Shown here: positions 15,040-23,993 of the stretch, one piece after another
Numbering within the stretch: the first letter of the stretch is position 1
How the letters are laid out: every line of letters starts with the position of its first letter
Assembly (NCBI GenBank): GCA_964563845.1
Contig: CAZLYJ010000001.1
Location: forward strand, 1 to 38,021
From: an uncultured Candidatus Saccharibacteria bacterium
Lineage (GTDB): Bacteria; Patescibacteriota; Minisyncoccia; UBA6257; UBA9933
Reading direction: 5' to 3'
DNA: 38,021 nt
The notes under the pieces: generated by a model
The model's database searches: none
Told to the model about the DNA's origin: nothing
The model's input: only the letters and a program-made list of their open reading frames with translations
Made by a program: the position numbers and the translations under genes

Positions 15040-15937
15040 GAGAGTAGCGTTTCCGTACGAGTCAAGACTCGGAAGAAATGACGGAAGTCCATTGTATTAT
15101 TCTCATTTAGTCAAACGCACACCAGGATTTGAAATGATCCACTTCACCTCGGAAGACACAGGCGACTTAGATAAGTGGGGACGGTTTGATGCTTGGATTT
15201 GGGTTGACTGGGGAGAAGACGCTCTTAAAGAAATGCTACCCTATACTCCAATGAGCTTAAAAGACAAGCACCCGTCAATCTATATATGTTCCGACACTCA
15301 CTTAGGCCGAGAGTATCGCTTTGAAAAAGCCTTGGAATTTGACTGGGTTTTCTTTAATCAAAAAAGAGCGATGGAAGAATTTACCGCTTTGTTTCCCGAA
15401 AAAAAGGAAAAGGTATTTTGGTTGCCTCACGCGGTTGAACCGCTGGCATACCCCAATAAGCCCGTATCAATCAAAAAGTTTGATATTGGTTTTGTCGGAT
15501 ATGTTTCTTTTCGCAAGAGAGCGGAAATGCTGGATAGGATGTTCAAGGAGTTCCCTAACTTCTTTTACGGACAAAGATTCTCGCGCTGGATATACGGCGA
15601 ACCGGCGGACGGACAAGATACGGCTGATATATTCCGAAAGTCAAAAATTGTTTTCAGTACAGCCGCAGTTGATGATGTTCAAATGCGCACTTTTGAGGCA
15701 TTAGCAACGGGTTCTTTTCTTCTCACGGAATGGGTACCGACACTTGAAGAATTGTTCGAGAATAAAAAACATCTGGTTTGGTACAAGACAATGGATGAAG
15801 CGGTGGAACTGGCGAAATACTATCTGGAGAATGAAATAGAAAGAGAAATGATTGCAACTGCTGGTATGCAGGAAGTGTTAGCGAATCATACATACGAAAA
15901 AAGATTTGAAAAAATATTATCAATTATTAAGATTTAA
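15011..15937 (+). CDS. CgeB-like glycosyltransferase (GT1-type C-terminal domain)
   Basis: RTFEALATGSFLLTEW...LVWYKTMDEAVELAKYYLENEIEREMIATAGMQEVLANHTYEKRF matches the CgeB / Glyco_trans_1_2 pattern. Confidence 0.7.
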   Translation: MIEESLRPVKRVAFPYESRLGRNDGSPLYYSHLVKRTPGFEMIHFTSEDTGDLDKWGRFDAWIWVDWGEDALKEMLPYTPMSLKDKHPSIYICSDTHLGREYRFEKALEFDWVFFNQKRAMEEFTALFPEKKEKVFWLPHAVEPLAYPNKPVSIKKFDIGFVGYVSFRKRAEMLDRMFKEFPNFFYGQRFSRWIYGEPADGQDTADIFRKSKIVFSTAAVDDVQMRTFEALATGSFLLTEWVPTLEELFENKKHLVWYKTMDEAVELAKYYLENEIEREMIATAGMQEVLANHTYEKRFEKILSIIKI

Positions 15938-15942
15938 TATTT

Positions 15943-16146
15943 ATGCCAAGAGGAAGACCGAAAACAATCCGCGCCAAAGGCCCCACCACTGTTTATGAAG
16001 CCGAACAGTTTATGCAATTTTTCATTAACTGCTTTGAAAGGCATCCGGAACGATCCTTTGACGAGATGATGGATTTGATGAAAATGCCGGCTGGTACTGT
16101 GAATATTCGGTATCTTGAAAAGATGAGAGATTTGGCCGAATTGTAG
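15943..16146 (+). CDS. Small protein with N-terminal AT-hook-like motif
   Basis: It starts with MPRGRPKT (GRP core). 67 aa. Confidence 0.45.
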   Translation: MPRGRPKTIRAKGPTTVYEAEQFMQFFINCFERHPERSFDEMMDLMKMPAGTVNIRYLEKMRDLAEL

Positions 16147-16174
16147 CTCTTTTATAACGAAAAAGGAGAAAATT

Positions 16175-16375
16175 ATGACGACTTACGAATTGAAGCTGGA
16201 TGTCTGCCTTAACGGATGCAAGAAAAAGTTGTATACTGTATTTATCAACGAAGACACCGGAGATATTTTGATGATTTGCCCCAAGTGCAACATAAAGTAC
16301 AAAAGTAAGCTCAAATTTATCTCGCGCGAAAAAGTTTTGCAAGTTATGCGAAACAACCGAAAGGAAGACGGTTAA
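16175..16375 (+). CDS. Zinc-ribbon protein (66 aa)
   Basis: C..GC...CPKC motif. An SD aaggag lies 8 nt upstream. The stop codon sits in the terminator loop. Confidence 0.5.
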   Translation: MTTYELKLDVCLNGCKKKLYTVFINEDTGDILMICPKCNIKYKSKLKFISREKVLQVMRNNRKEDG

Positions 16376-16391
16376 TGTCTTCCTTTTTTTT
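16363..16391 (+). terminator. Rho-independent terminator
   Basis: Stem ggaagac / gtcttcc with loop ggttaat, followed by eight T. Confidence 0.8.
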
Positions 16392-16422
16392 ATTTAATTA
16401 TTAACTTTAAAAGATAAAAATT

Positions 16423-16728
16423 ATGGGTCAATTTAACACAGCAAGTAAATCAACAGGGCCGATTACGGCTGACGCGGTAGTATCAGCCGTACCGTGTATT
16501 ATTACGGCTATCACTTTGCGATCAGGCACGGGCGCGTCCAGCTTGGTGATTTACGATAACGCAACAGAGGCTTCGGGAGATATTAAGTGGGCGGCTTCTC
16601 TTGCCGCAACGACTGCGGCGGGCGATCAAACACACAGCATTGCTGGACTGGACATCGCGTGTACGAATGGAGCGTATGTGGACTGGACAGGTACGGGAGC
16701 AATCGGATATATTGGCTTTAAAACATAA
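16423..16728 (+). CDS. Small Gly/Ala/Thr-rich virion-module protein (101 aa)
   Basis: Track ORF. It is the first gene after the terminator, and its composition resembles the proteins at 10998 and 11759. Confidence 0.5.
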   Translation: MGQFNTASKSTGPITADAVVSAVPCIITAITLRSGTGASSLVIYDNATEASGDIKWAASLAATTAAGDQTHSIAGLDIACTNGAYVDWTGTGAIGYIGFKT

Positions 16729-16733
16729 AATAT

Positions 16734-17459
16734 ATGGCTAACCTTAGCACATACGATGATATTATTTCGCAAGTCAAAGATTTATTTGACGATGCTTCGG
16801 CGGGAGCAAACACGACTATCCGCCGACTTGTCGCGCCTGTCTTGTGGGATATTTACCGGAGAAAAAAATGGAAATTCGCCCGCAAAGAAACTACGGTCGC
16901 CACGGTCGCCTCTACCGAGAGCTATACCTTGGCCTCTGATTATGATTTTGGCGGAATGGTAAGCGTCGTCAATGATACGGCCAATACGCGCGTTTCCTAT
17001 ATCAGCGATGATGATTTTGACCGAATGTATCCGGACGGAAGCGCGAGCGGATCGCCCACGCTTTATCGTCTTTGGAACATTTCTTCAAATACCCAGCAAA
17101 TCAGCTTTTATCCGATTCCCTCGGCTGTGGAAACGATTACTTACAAATATTACCGGAAACCGACAGTAGTGGATTTATCTACGAATACGGACAATGACGA
17201 TGAAACGCCCGACCTGCCCCAGCAATACAGGGAATTGATTGTTTTGGGTGTTCTTATTGAACTGTTTAAAAAGGACGAATCCCAGCTGGCCAATGTCAAT
17301 GAAGTGAAATACGAAAATATGCTGAAAAGAATGGAACAGCAATACGCGGATGAACCGGACATCGTCCATATTCTGCGAAGCGAAGAAGAAAGATCGGGAA
17401 GCTCTTTGCCGACCGTGCAGTTTCCAAGCAATTACGGGCCGACCGTAGACCTTTATTAA
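16734..17459 (+). CDS. Putative head-tail adaptor / head completion protein
   Basis: 241-aa ORF immediately upstream of the large nozzle-like protein. The call is positional only. Confidence 0.35.
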   Translation: MANLSTYDDIISQVKDLFDDASAGANTTIRRLVAPVLWDIYRRKKWKFARKETTVATVASTESYTLASDYDFGGMVSVVNDTANTRVSYISDDDFDRMYPDGSASGSPTLYRLWNISSNTQQISFYPIPSAVETITYKYYRKPTVVDLSTNTDNDDETPDLPQQYRELIVLGVLIELFKKDESQLANVNEVKYENMLKRMEQQYADEPDIVHILRSEEERSGSSLPTVQFPSNYGPTVDLY

Positions 17460-17523
17460 CAGACAATCCGCCCAATTCTTCCTTTTGGGCGGACTGCGTG
17501 GTAAGAAAGTTTATTGTTGATTT

Positions 17524-19530
17524 ATGTCTTTATTCCGAACACCGGCTATCACTCCCAAACGGCTGGATACCTTTACTGTCAGCGGACTTGTCGGCGGTTG
17601 GAACTCCAGCGATAACCAAGACGAACTGAATGACAGGGAAATATCTGACGGACGGAATACGGAAATTACTTCTTCTTCCACAATCGCGCCTCGAGGCGGA
17701 TATGTCAATCGGGGCAATTTCTTGGGGGGTACTACAAAAATACTGGGACTTCACGAATGGATCAAAAGTGACGGAACGCGCAAGCTGATAGCGGTATACG
17801 ATACGGATGCGTATGTGCTGTCTACGGACTGGGAACCGGCCGGAATGGTTTTAACCAGCAACAAACCTGCCGAATTTGCCAATTATCTGGACAGGGCGTA
17901 TATGACGAATAAGGGGAGTACAGCCGCCGGACATTTGGGGGTTATGTACTATGACGGTACAAACTGGACGCAAGTAACGGGTTTTCCCATAGTAGGGGCA
18001 ACAGCATCGGACATTTGCGCGGGGTTGTGCGTGTATAAAGAAAGACTGATCGGGTGGAATACGACCAATTTCCCCAAGAGGGTGTATTATTCCAACGCTA
18101 ACGCGCATACGATAGGGACGCTGAATTATTTTGATATGGATGAGGCGGTAACGGCGTGCGTGCCTTTCTTCGACTACTTGCTGATTTTCACGGAAAACCA
18201 TTTATACAAAATATCTTCATTTATTTTTACCGGTGTCGCTTTTGAGCCGAATAATATTCAGCCCTTGGCGACCAAGAATGGATGCGCGGCAATGCGGACA
18301 ATTAAGCAGATAGGCAGCGCGGTATACTATCTCTCGGCGGACGGATTATATAAAACTGACGGATTCGTGGCAATAAATTTAACGAATAATAAGATAGAGA
18401 ATTTTTTGAATGATACGATGAGCAAGGCGGTGGTGGCGACATCTAATGCGGGAATAAATGGAACAGATTATCACCTTTGCATTTCCACAGACGGAACAAC
18501 CCAGAACGAGATTATCAGCTATGATACGGCGCGCAACATCTTCCAGCCGAGAAAAACAGGCAAAGCATTTTCCTGTTTCGCGCAATTCAAAGAAAGCGGA
18601 GCAGTAAAACTGTATGGAGGTTCGGACGCGGAAGGTCATATTTATCAACTTGCCTCAACAAACATTTATGATGATACGGCGGATGTGAGCCAAGCGGCCG
18701 GACAAGATACGGATGACGCGGTGGACGGAGGAGCAACGACTAAAAGACAGGCGCAGGGTTTTCAGCTTACGACGGCGGGGGAAGTAACCGGTGTCGCGCT
18801 GTATATGAAAAAGAACGCGGGAACAACCGCAGAATTGGCCATACGGATTGAAACAGATAACGCAGGAGTACCCTCGGGGACGGCCGTAACCAATGGAACG
18901 ACAACGCTATCGGCTTTCACGACAACGACCTATCGGTACAAGTACGCCACCTTTTCCACTCCGCCCATATTGAACGCGAGTACGACTTATTGGCTGGTGG
19001 TACAACATACAACAGAGGGAAGCGGAACAAGTCAGTATTATTGGGGATCGGACGACTCAAGCCCCGGATATGCTACCTACAACGCCGCCTCTTACGCCAG
19101 CAGTGCTTGGACGGCAGATACGAGCAAAGACCAGTTGTTTCGGATTTACACTAAAAGCGCCTATGAAAAGTATTTTATAACAAAAGGATATTCTTTGGGA
19201 AGCCCACAATATAAAAAGATTGTGAAAAGAGTATTTTGCGAATTAGACGCTTCAGGAAACTATAATATAGCAATAGGGTTGAATACCGACCAGTACACGA
19301 CATTTACCGAGATGACGCAGGATTTATCCGGCAATTCGCCGATACGCGGATCAACCCTTACAAGAGGAAATTTCACCAGAGGAACAATGTCTAAAATAAG
19401 TACGGTGTTAAAATTCTCGGATGTGAGGGGGCGAAGAATTAAATTAAGGGTGTATAATAATATGGCAGGCAATACTTTTAATTTTCATTCGGCGGTTTTA
19501 AATTATCGGCTAAAGCAAATTCCAAGATAA
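17524..19530 (+). CDS. Putative tail nozzle / tubular-B-like structural protein
   Basis: 668 aa with repeated beta-strand motifs (YMTNKG, VYYSN, VYYLSADGLYKTDG) that suggest a propeller. The C-terminal third is Thr-rich. The call is positional. Confidence 0.4.
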   Translation: MSLFRTPAITPKRLDTFTVSGLVGGWNSSDNQDELNDREISDGRNTEITSSSTIAPRGGYVNRGNFLGGTTKILGLHEWIKSDGTRKLIAVYDTDAYVLSTDWEPAGMVLTSNKPAEFANYLDRAYMTNKGSTAAGHLGVMYYDGTNWTQVTGFPIVGATASDICAGLCVYKERLIGWNTTNFPKRVYYSNANAHTIGTLNYFDMDEAVTACVPFFDYLLIFTENHLYKISSFIFTGVAFEPNNIQPLATKNGCAAMRTIKQIGSAVYYLSADGLYKTDGFVAINLTNNKIENFLNDTMSKAVVATSNAGINGTDYHLCISTDGTTQNEIISYDTARNIFQPRKTGKAFSCFAQFKESGAVKLYGGSDAEGHIYQLASTNIYDDTADVSQAAGQDTDDAVDGGATTKRQAQGFQLTTAGEVTGVALYMKKNAGTTAELAIRIETDNAGVPSGTAVTNGTTTLSAFTTTTYRYKYATFSTPPILNASTTYWLVVQHTTEGSGTSQYYWGSDDSSPGYATYNAASYASSAWTADTSKDQLFRIYTKSAYEKYFITKGYSLGSPQYKKIVKRVFCELDASGNYNIAIGLNTDQYTTFTEMTQDLSGNSPIRGSTLTRGNFTRGTMSKISTVLKFSDVRGRRIKLRVYNNMAGNTFNFHSAVLNYRLKQIPR

Positions 19531-19559
19531 AAAAATTATCAATTAAATTATATAAATTT

Positions 19560-20072
19560 GTGTCACAAATCACTTTACCAAATGTCATCGCGTCAGGCGA
19601 TGCGGACAATCCGACAAGAGATATGGCGAATTGGACAACCATTCGCGACATTATCAACGGCAATTTGGATAATACGAATATAAATGCCAGTGCGGCTATT
19701 GTAGATTCTAAGCTCTCTGTTCCCAATCGTATAAAACAAACTCAACGACAAGGAGGGAGCGCAACCGACTGGAATACAACAGGTACGACAACCAGAGATG
19801 TTACAAATCCTATCCTTCAATGCGGAACAATTACTATGACAAGCGGAGAATCGGGAACAGCTCCATACACAGCCTCGGTAACCGTTACTTTTCCCACAGC
19901 GTATACAAATAAACCGATTGTTGTTGCTTCACAAACTGAGATATCCGCGACATTGACTATTGGAGTTATGACCGGATCGATAACCACAACTTCGTTTCAA
20001 ATTACAGTCAACGCTTCTGCTGCCGGATATGTGGCTGGAGCGGTTGTTAATTGGATTGCTCTTGGGACATAA
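19560..20072 (+). CDS. Fibre/spike protein with C-terminal H-type-lectin-like domain
   Basis: GTG start. The C-terminus reads VTVTFPTAYTNKPIVVAS...TTTSFQITVNAS...AVVNWIALGT. Confidence 0.5.
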   Translation: MSQITLPNVIASGDADNPTRDMANWTTIRDIINGNLDNTNINASAAIVDSKLSVPNRIKQTQRQGGSATDWNTTGTTTRDVTNPILQCGTITMTSGESGTAPYTASVTVTFPTAYTNKPIVVASQTEISATLTIGVMTGSITTTSFQITVNASAAGYVAGAVVNWIALGT

Positions 20073-20073
20073 T

Positions 20074-20592
20074 ATGCTTACACCCAATAATGACGCTGAT
20101 AATATCATAAAAGTGCTTAATGGACAGTTGGGGGCGGTGAACTTCGGCGCGGTTGATTTACTCAAAAATGCTCAAATTGATTCTAATGCTCTCATCGCAC
20201 AAAGCAAATTAGACCCCGCAACCCTTCATCGCTCGGCTGTTTATGTTCAGAGCATTACATCAAATGCGCTTACAAGCAATCAGGTCATCTATCGGGGTTG
20301 GGGATATACGGGAAACTTTGGCGCGCCCACAGGAACTATTACAATCACTCTTCCTAATAGTGGCTTTGATGATGCGGCGTATGAAGTCTTCGTTACATAC
20401 TTGGGAGAAAAAGCAACCAATCCAACCTCACGCATTGATGTTACCAGCCACAGAGTAGGTTCGACTGCCGCAGAAGACCCGACATTGCCACGATCAGCAA
20501 CGCAGTTTCGAGCCACTTTTACGACAGGGGCTGGCGGTGGAAACTTTACTATCGTCGCCTTTAGTTGGATGGCGATTGGAACAAAGGCTTAA
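20074..20592 (+). CDS. Paralogous fibre/spike protein with lectin-like C-terminus
   Basis: The track ORF is trimmed to the ATG at 20074. Its N-terminus (NIIKVLNGQLG...IDSNALIAQSKLD) parallels that of the 19560 protein (DIINGNLDNTNINASAAIVDSKLS). It ends in FSWMAIGTKA. Confidence 0.5.
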   Translation: MLTPNNDADNIIKVLNGQLGAVNFGAVDLLKNAQIDSNALIAQSKLDPATLHRSAVYVQSITSNALTSNQVIYRGWGYTGNFGAPTGTITITLPNSGFDDAAYEVFVTYLGEKATNPTSRIDVTSHRVGSTAAEDPTLPRSATQFRATFTTGAGGGNFTIVAFSWMAIGTKA

Positions 20593-20609
20593 TTTAATTA
20601 CAGTAAAAT

Positions 20610-21317
20610 ATGTCTAATCAAAATTCAATTCCGGACCTAGGAGTCTCTCGCAGTCTGCTGGCCGTAGACGGAGAAACCAATACAGAAACACGGCGACTGC
20701 ACACATTGACGGCGGGAACTGTCAATGGTCTTGCCGTTGCCATAATTGACGGGGCGGGAGCGCAAATAACTTCTTTCGGCGGAGGCACGCAATATACGGA
20801 AGACGATCCGGCGGCGGCTAATCCTGTTGGCACCGCTCTAATAGGTATTCGCGCTGATGCTTTAGCCGGATTAACGACAGCCGATGGCGATAATGTCGCC
20901 GGAAGAATGACGGATAAAGGCGAGCTTTATGTCAAGCATTCAGATAAAATCTCAATTTATTCCATAGACGCCGGAGATACTAATATTGGCAATGTAGATG
21001 TCGTAACAATGCCGGTAGTAACAATAATCCACGGAATCACCGGCATAGCACACGGTGTAAAAACGATAACAACCGCCGGAACAGATGAAGCATTGGCCGG
21101 TTCAACCGTTTGCAAAAAAGTGATAATTCAAAGCCAGACCGACAATACGGGATTGATAGCGGTGGGAACTTCGGGCGTGGACGCGACCGAAGCGACAGGA
21201 ACGGGCGTTATTCTTTATGCGGGAGATGCTTTAGAAATTGAAATAGATAATTTGGCCGATGTGTATATTGACGCCACTGTCTCGGGGGAAGGCGTAAGAT
21301 ATTCGTGGTTTTCATAA
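20610..21317 (+). CDS. Virion/fibre-module protein (235 aa, Gly/Ala/Thr-rich)
   Basis: Track ORF in the fibre gene array. Confidence 0.45.
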   Translation: MSNQNSIPDLGVSRSLLAVDGETNTETRRLHTLTAGTVNGLAVAIIDGAGAQITSFGGGTQYTEDDPAAANPVGTALIGIRADALAGLTTADGDNVAGRMTDKGELYVKHSDKISIYSIDAGDTNIGNVDVVTMPVVTIIHGITGIAHGVKTITTAGTDEALAGSTVCKKVIIQSQTDNTGLIAVGTSGVDATEATGTGVILYAGDALEIEIDNLADVYIDATVSGEGVRYSWFS

Positions 21318-21320
21318 AAT

Positions 21321-22133
21321 ATGGGAATAATAAAATCAACAAAATCAATTATTCGTAAAAACTCCGCCGGTTCTGATTTTATTCGGCGAAGAGTCAATTT
21401 GATTGAGGGTTCGGGAATCACTTTAACTGTCGCAGATGATTCGGCAAATAATGAAATTGATGTGACGATTGCGGGCGGAGCAAGCGGGGCAAGCACAGCT
21501 CTGGATAATTTAGCGTCTGTCGCTATCAATACTTCCTTGATTTCCGATACCGATTCTACTGATGATTTGGGGAGTACAACAAAATTTTGGGCGAACGCGT
21601 ATATTGATAAAATATTTTTCAATTCTTATCTCTATGCAACACCATCTGAGAGTTTAGTTTTAGATTTAGGAAGTAATTTTGCTTCAGGAGGATTTACTTT
21701 GAATTTAATTGCCGGAAGTGGTTATAATGCGACTATTTCGTATCCGACTATCTCAGGAAGTTCTAATTTTCTATTAGTAAGAGGTAACGGCAAAATAACT
21801 ATAGGTAATGGTTTTTTAGAATTCGCCGCGCCAAATGGCGTTTATCCCGATGGAGATTCAACAACGAATTTAGGCATTACTTCTCGGTATTGGTTAGCAA
21901 CCTACACCGACAAACTCTTTCTCAACGCCACCGCCACAATAGATGGTGCAGCAGCAGGACATCTTAAATTTGTAGGCGATTTAGTTCCTAATACTGATGA
22001 TACGGAATGGATTGGACAACTGGAAACTCCTTTTAAGGCGATTAAAGGTCTGATTATTAAAGACACAACTGACGGAAAACATTATAAAGTAACTGTCGTG
22101 AGCGGAGTTTTAACCACAACCGCTTTGGACTAA
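21321..22133 (+). CDS. Fibre-like protein (270 aa)
   Basis: Track ORF with a repetitive Ser/Thr/Gly-rich sequence, in the fibre array. Confidence 0.45.
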   Translation: MGIIKSTKSIIRKNSAGSDFIRRRVNLIEGSGITLTVADDSANNEIDVTIAGGASGASTALDNLASVAINTSLISDTDSTDDLGSTTKFWANAYIDKIFFNSYLYATPSESLVLDLGSNFASGGFTLNLIAGSGYNATISYPTISGSSNFLLVRGNGKITIGNGFLEFAAPNGVYPDGDSTTNLGITSRYWLATYTDKLFLNATATIDGAAAGHLKFVGDLVPNTDDTEWIGQLETPFKAIKGLIIKDTTDGKHYKVTVVSGVLTTTALD

Positions 22134-22134
22134 T

Positions 22135-22713
22135 ATGTCTCAACATTTAACGATAGATGATGCAAGCCAAGCGCAATTAAATGAATTAAAGGGAGGTGGA
22201 CAAACATCTTTGCATTCTCACGCAGGAGGAGGCGGTCAAGCATTTCCAATTGGTTCGGTATTTATTTCCGTTGTTCCAACCGATCCTAATACTTTGCTCG
22301 GATATGGTACTTGGTCGGCAATAGCGGCTGGAAAAATGTTGATTGGTTTGGATTCCGGAGATGCAACAATGGATGCGGCAGAAGAAATTGGCGGAGCAAA
22401 AACCAAAACAATCGCGCAGGCAAATCTTCCGAATATATCAACAGGGGCGGGGACTTCTCATAATCACACACAAGATGCACATCTTCACACGCAAAGAAGA
22501 AATAATGTCGCTACCGGCGCGAATACTGGCTGGACGACAGCCTTTGACGCATCATCATCAAGTCCCGTCGCTGATGTCAATACAGGTACCGGTTCAACGG
22601 TTGCGACAAACCAAGCCGAAGCGGCGCATACTCACTCTTTGGGTGGAAGCGGAACGGCTCTTGATGTGATGAACCCTTTTTTTGTAGTATATATGTGGAA
22701 AAGACTTAGTTAA
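22135..22713 (+). CDS. Receptor-binding/fibre tip-like protein
   Basis: The pattern FPIGSVFISV...GYGTWSAIAAGKMLIG...GGAKTKTIAQANLPN...HNH..DAHLH resembles the P.GSI...GTW...GG...TL...LP.H.H family of phage tail and baseplate proteins. Confidence 0.5.
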   Translation: MSQHLTIDDASQAQLNELKGGGQTSLHSHAGGGGQAFPIGSVFISVVPTDPNTLLGYGTWSAIAAGKMLIGLDSGDATMDAAEEIGGAKTKTIAQANLPNISTGAGTSHNHTQDAHLHTQRRNNVATGANTGWTTAFDASSSSPVADVNTGTGSTVATNQAEAAHTHSLGGSGTALDVMNPFFVVYMWKRLS

Positions 22714-22735
22714 TTATTATTAAATAAATAAAAAT

Positions 22736-22945
22736 ATGGCTCTTACATTAGACAAAATTCAAGAAGCGCAACAATTCTTGAACAAAGTTCAAGAAGCAGC
22801 TTCTGAAATCAACACAATCTTGGTTAAAATTCAAGAAAATATCTTTGAAGATGTCGCCTTGGACGCGACTCAAAAAACATCATTATTGGCTAAATACAAT
22901 ACGGCTAAAATTAAATTAACAACAGCCGTAAATAACTTATTATGA
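22736..22945 (+). CDS. Small helical protein (69 aa)
   Basis: Track ORF with a coiled-coil-like sequence. Confidence 0.45.
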   Translation: MALTLDKIQEAQQFLNKVQEAASEINTILVKIQENIFEDVALDATQKTSLLAKYNTAKIKLTTAVNNLL

Positions 22946-23106
22946 CAGATTTGGAAAAATTAAAACTTCAAGCATTTGAACTGATGCGGGAAATGGGCAC
23001 TTTGCAAAATCAATTCAAACAGAAAGACGATTCCCTCAAACAAATTCAAAAACAAATTGAAGAATTGGAATCGCTTGACAAAAAAAATGAAGACATTATT
23101 CAATAA
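22942..23106 (+). CDS. Small coiled-coil protein (54 aa, not in the ORF track)
   Basis: Its start overlaps the previous stop as ATGA. Translation: MTDLEKLKLQAFELMREMGTLQNQFKQKDDSLKQIQKQIEELESLDKKNEDIIQ. Confidence 0.45.
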   Translation: MTDLEKLKLQAFELMREMGTLQNQFKQKDDSLKQIQKQIEELESLDKKNEDIIQ

Positions 23107-23120
23107 AAAAGATTATTATT

Positions 23121-23279
23121 ATGGAAAAAAAAGAAAAAGATTTACAAAAGAGAGTGGCCGCGGCTAACGCAGAATTGGAAAAAATTTGCAAGAAATTCAA
23201 TGTAGTTTTGAGATTATCCCTTGTCTATGGAACACAAGGCATTATTCCTAAATTAGATTGGCAAGAACTTAAAAAATAG
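23121..23279 (+). CDS. Small protein (52 aa, not in the ORF track)
   Basis: Translation: MEKKEKDLQKRVAAANAELEKICKKFNVVLRLSLVYGTQGIIPKLDWQELKK. It fills the gap exactly, ending 1 nt before the next ATG. Confidence 0.45.
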   Translation: MEKKEKDLQKRVAAANAELEKICKKFNVVLRLSLVYGTQGIIPKLDWQELKK

Positions 23280-23280
23280 T

Positions 23281-23988
23281 ATGATCAAGAATAAGAAAAT
23301 TTTAACCGCCAAAGGTCAAGCGAATATGGCCTTTATTAAGGCTTTGTATAAAGAGCGGGGCGGATACAAACCAACCAAGAATGAAATGCGGAAATTTGAA
23401 TTTATGAATGTAAAAGATGTGATGAGTTTAATCCTCGGAAAAGGGGCGGTAAAACAACTGATTAACCAGCCCGAAGCCCAAATAAAGCAACCAGACCCCC
23501 TGCAAGGCCCTACAATCAATCCTGAAGCGCCTATCGCGCCTGCTCCTATCGTGCCTGCTCCCATTCCCGACCAAGTAGCCCAACTTCTTCAACCGGCGCA
23601 ACCCGTTCCGCCAACTTTTGACCAAAGCGGACTATTCAACGAAGCCGATGTAGCGGCGCAAGGGGAAGCGGAATACAGCCCGTATTTCTCTAACGCACTG
23701 GCTGATCTGGTAAAAGGATATGGACGGAAAGGCCAAGATTTAAAATTTGGACAAGGCCAACAAACCCAAGGCCAAATCAGCGATTATCTCAACCGCGGTT
23801 TATCAAGAAGCGGAGGATTTTTAGGAGCGCAACAGCAACTCGGGCAACAGCAAGGACTGGCTACGCAGGATTTACTGGATGAAGAAGGAAGAAAGAAAAA
23901 AGAACTGGCGCAACAGAAAGCGGGCGCTTTGCAAGATTACAGGCAGACAGCCTATCAAAATGCTTATTCCAAATATTTAAACCGATAA
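23281..23988 (+). CDS. Putative internal virion (core) protein, Pro/Gln-rich
   Basis: 235 aa. It is the first of three consecutive genes of increasing size, a layout like the internal core proteins of T7-like podoviruses. Confidence 0.4.
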   Translation: MIKNKKILTAKGQANMAFIKALYKERGGYKPTKNEMRKFEFMNVKDVMSLILGKGAVKQLINQPEAQIKQPDPLQGPTINPEAPIAPAPIVPAPIPDQVAQLLQPAQPVPPTFDQSGLFNEADVAAQGEAEYSPYFSNALADLVKGYGRKGQDLKFGQGQQTQGQISDYLNRGLSRSGGFLGAQQQLGQQQGLATQDLLDEEGRKKKELAQQKAGALQDYRQTAYQNAYSKYLNR

Positions 23989-23993
23989 ATTTT

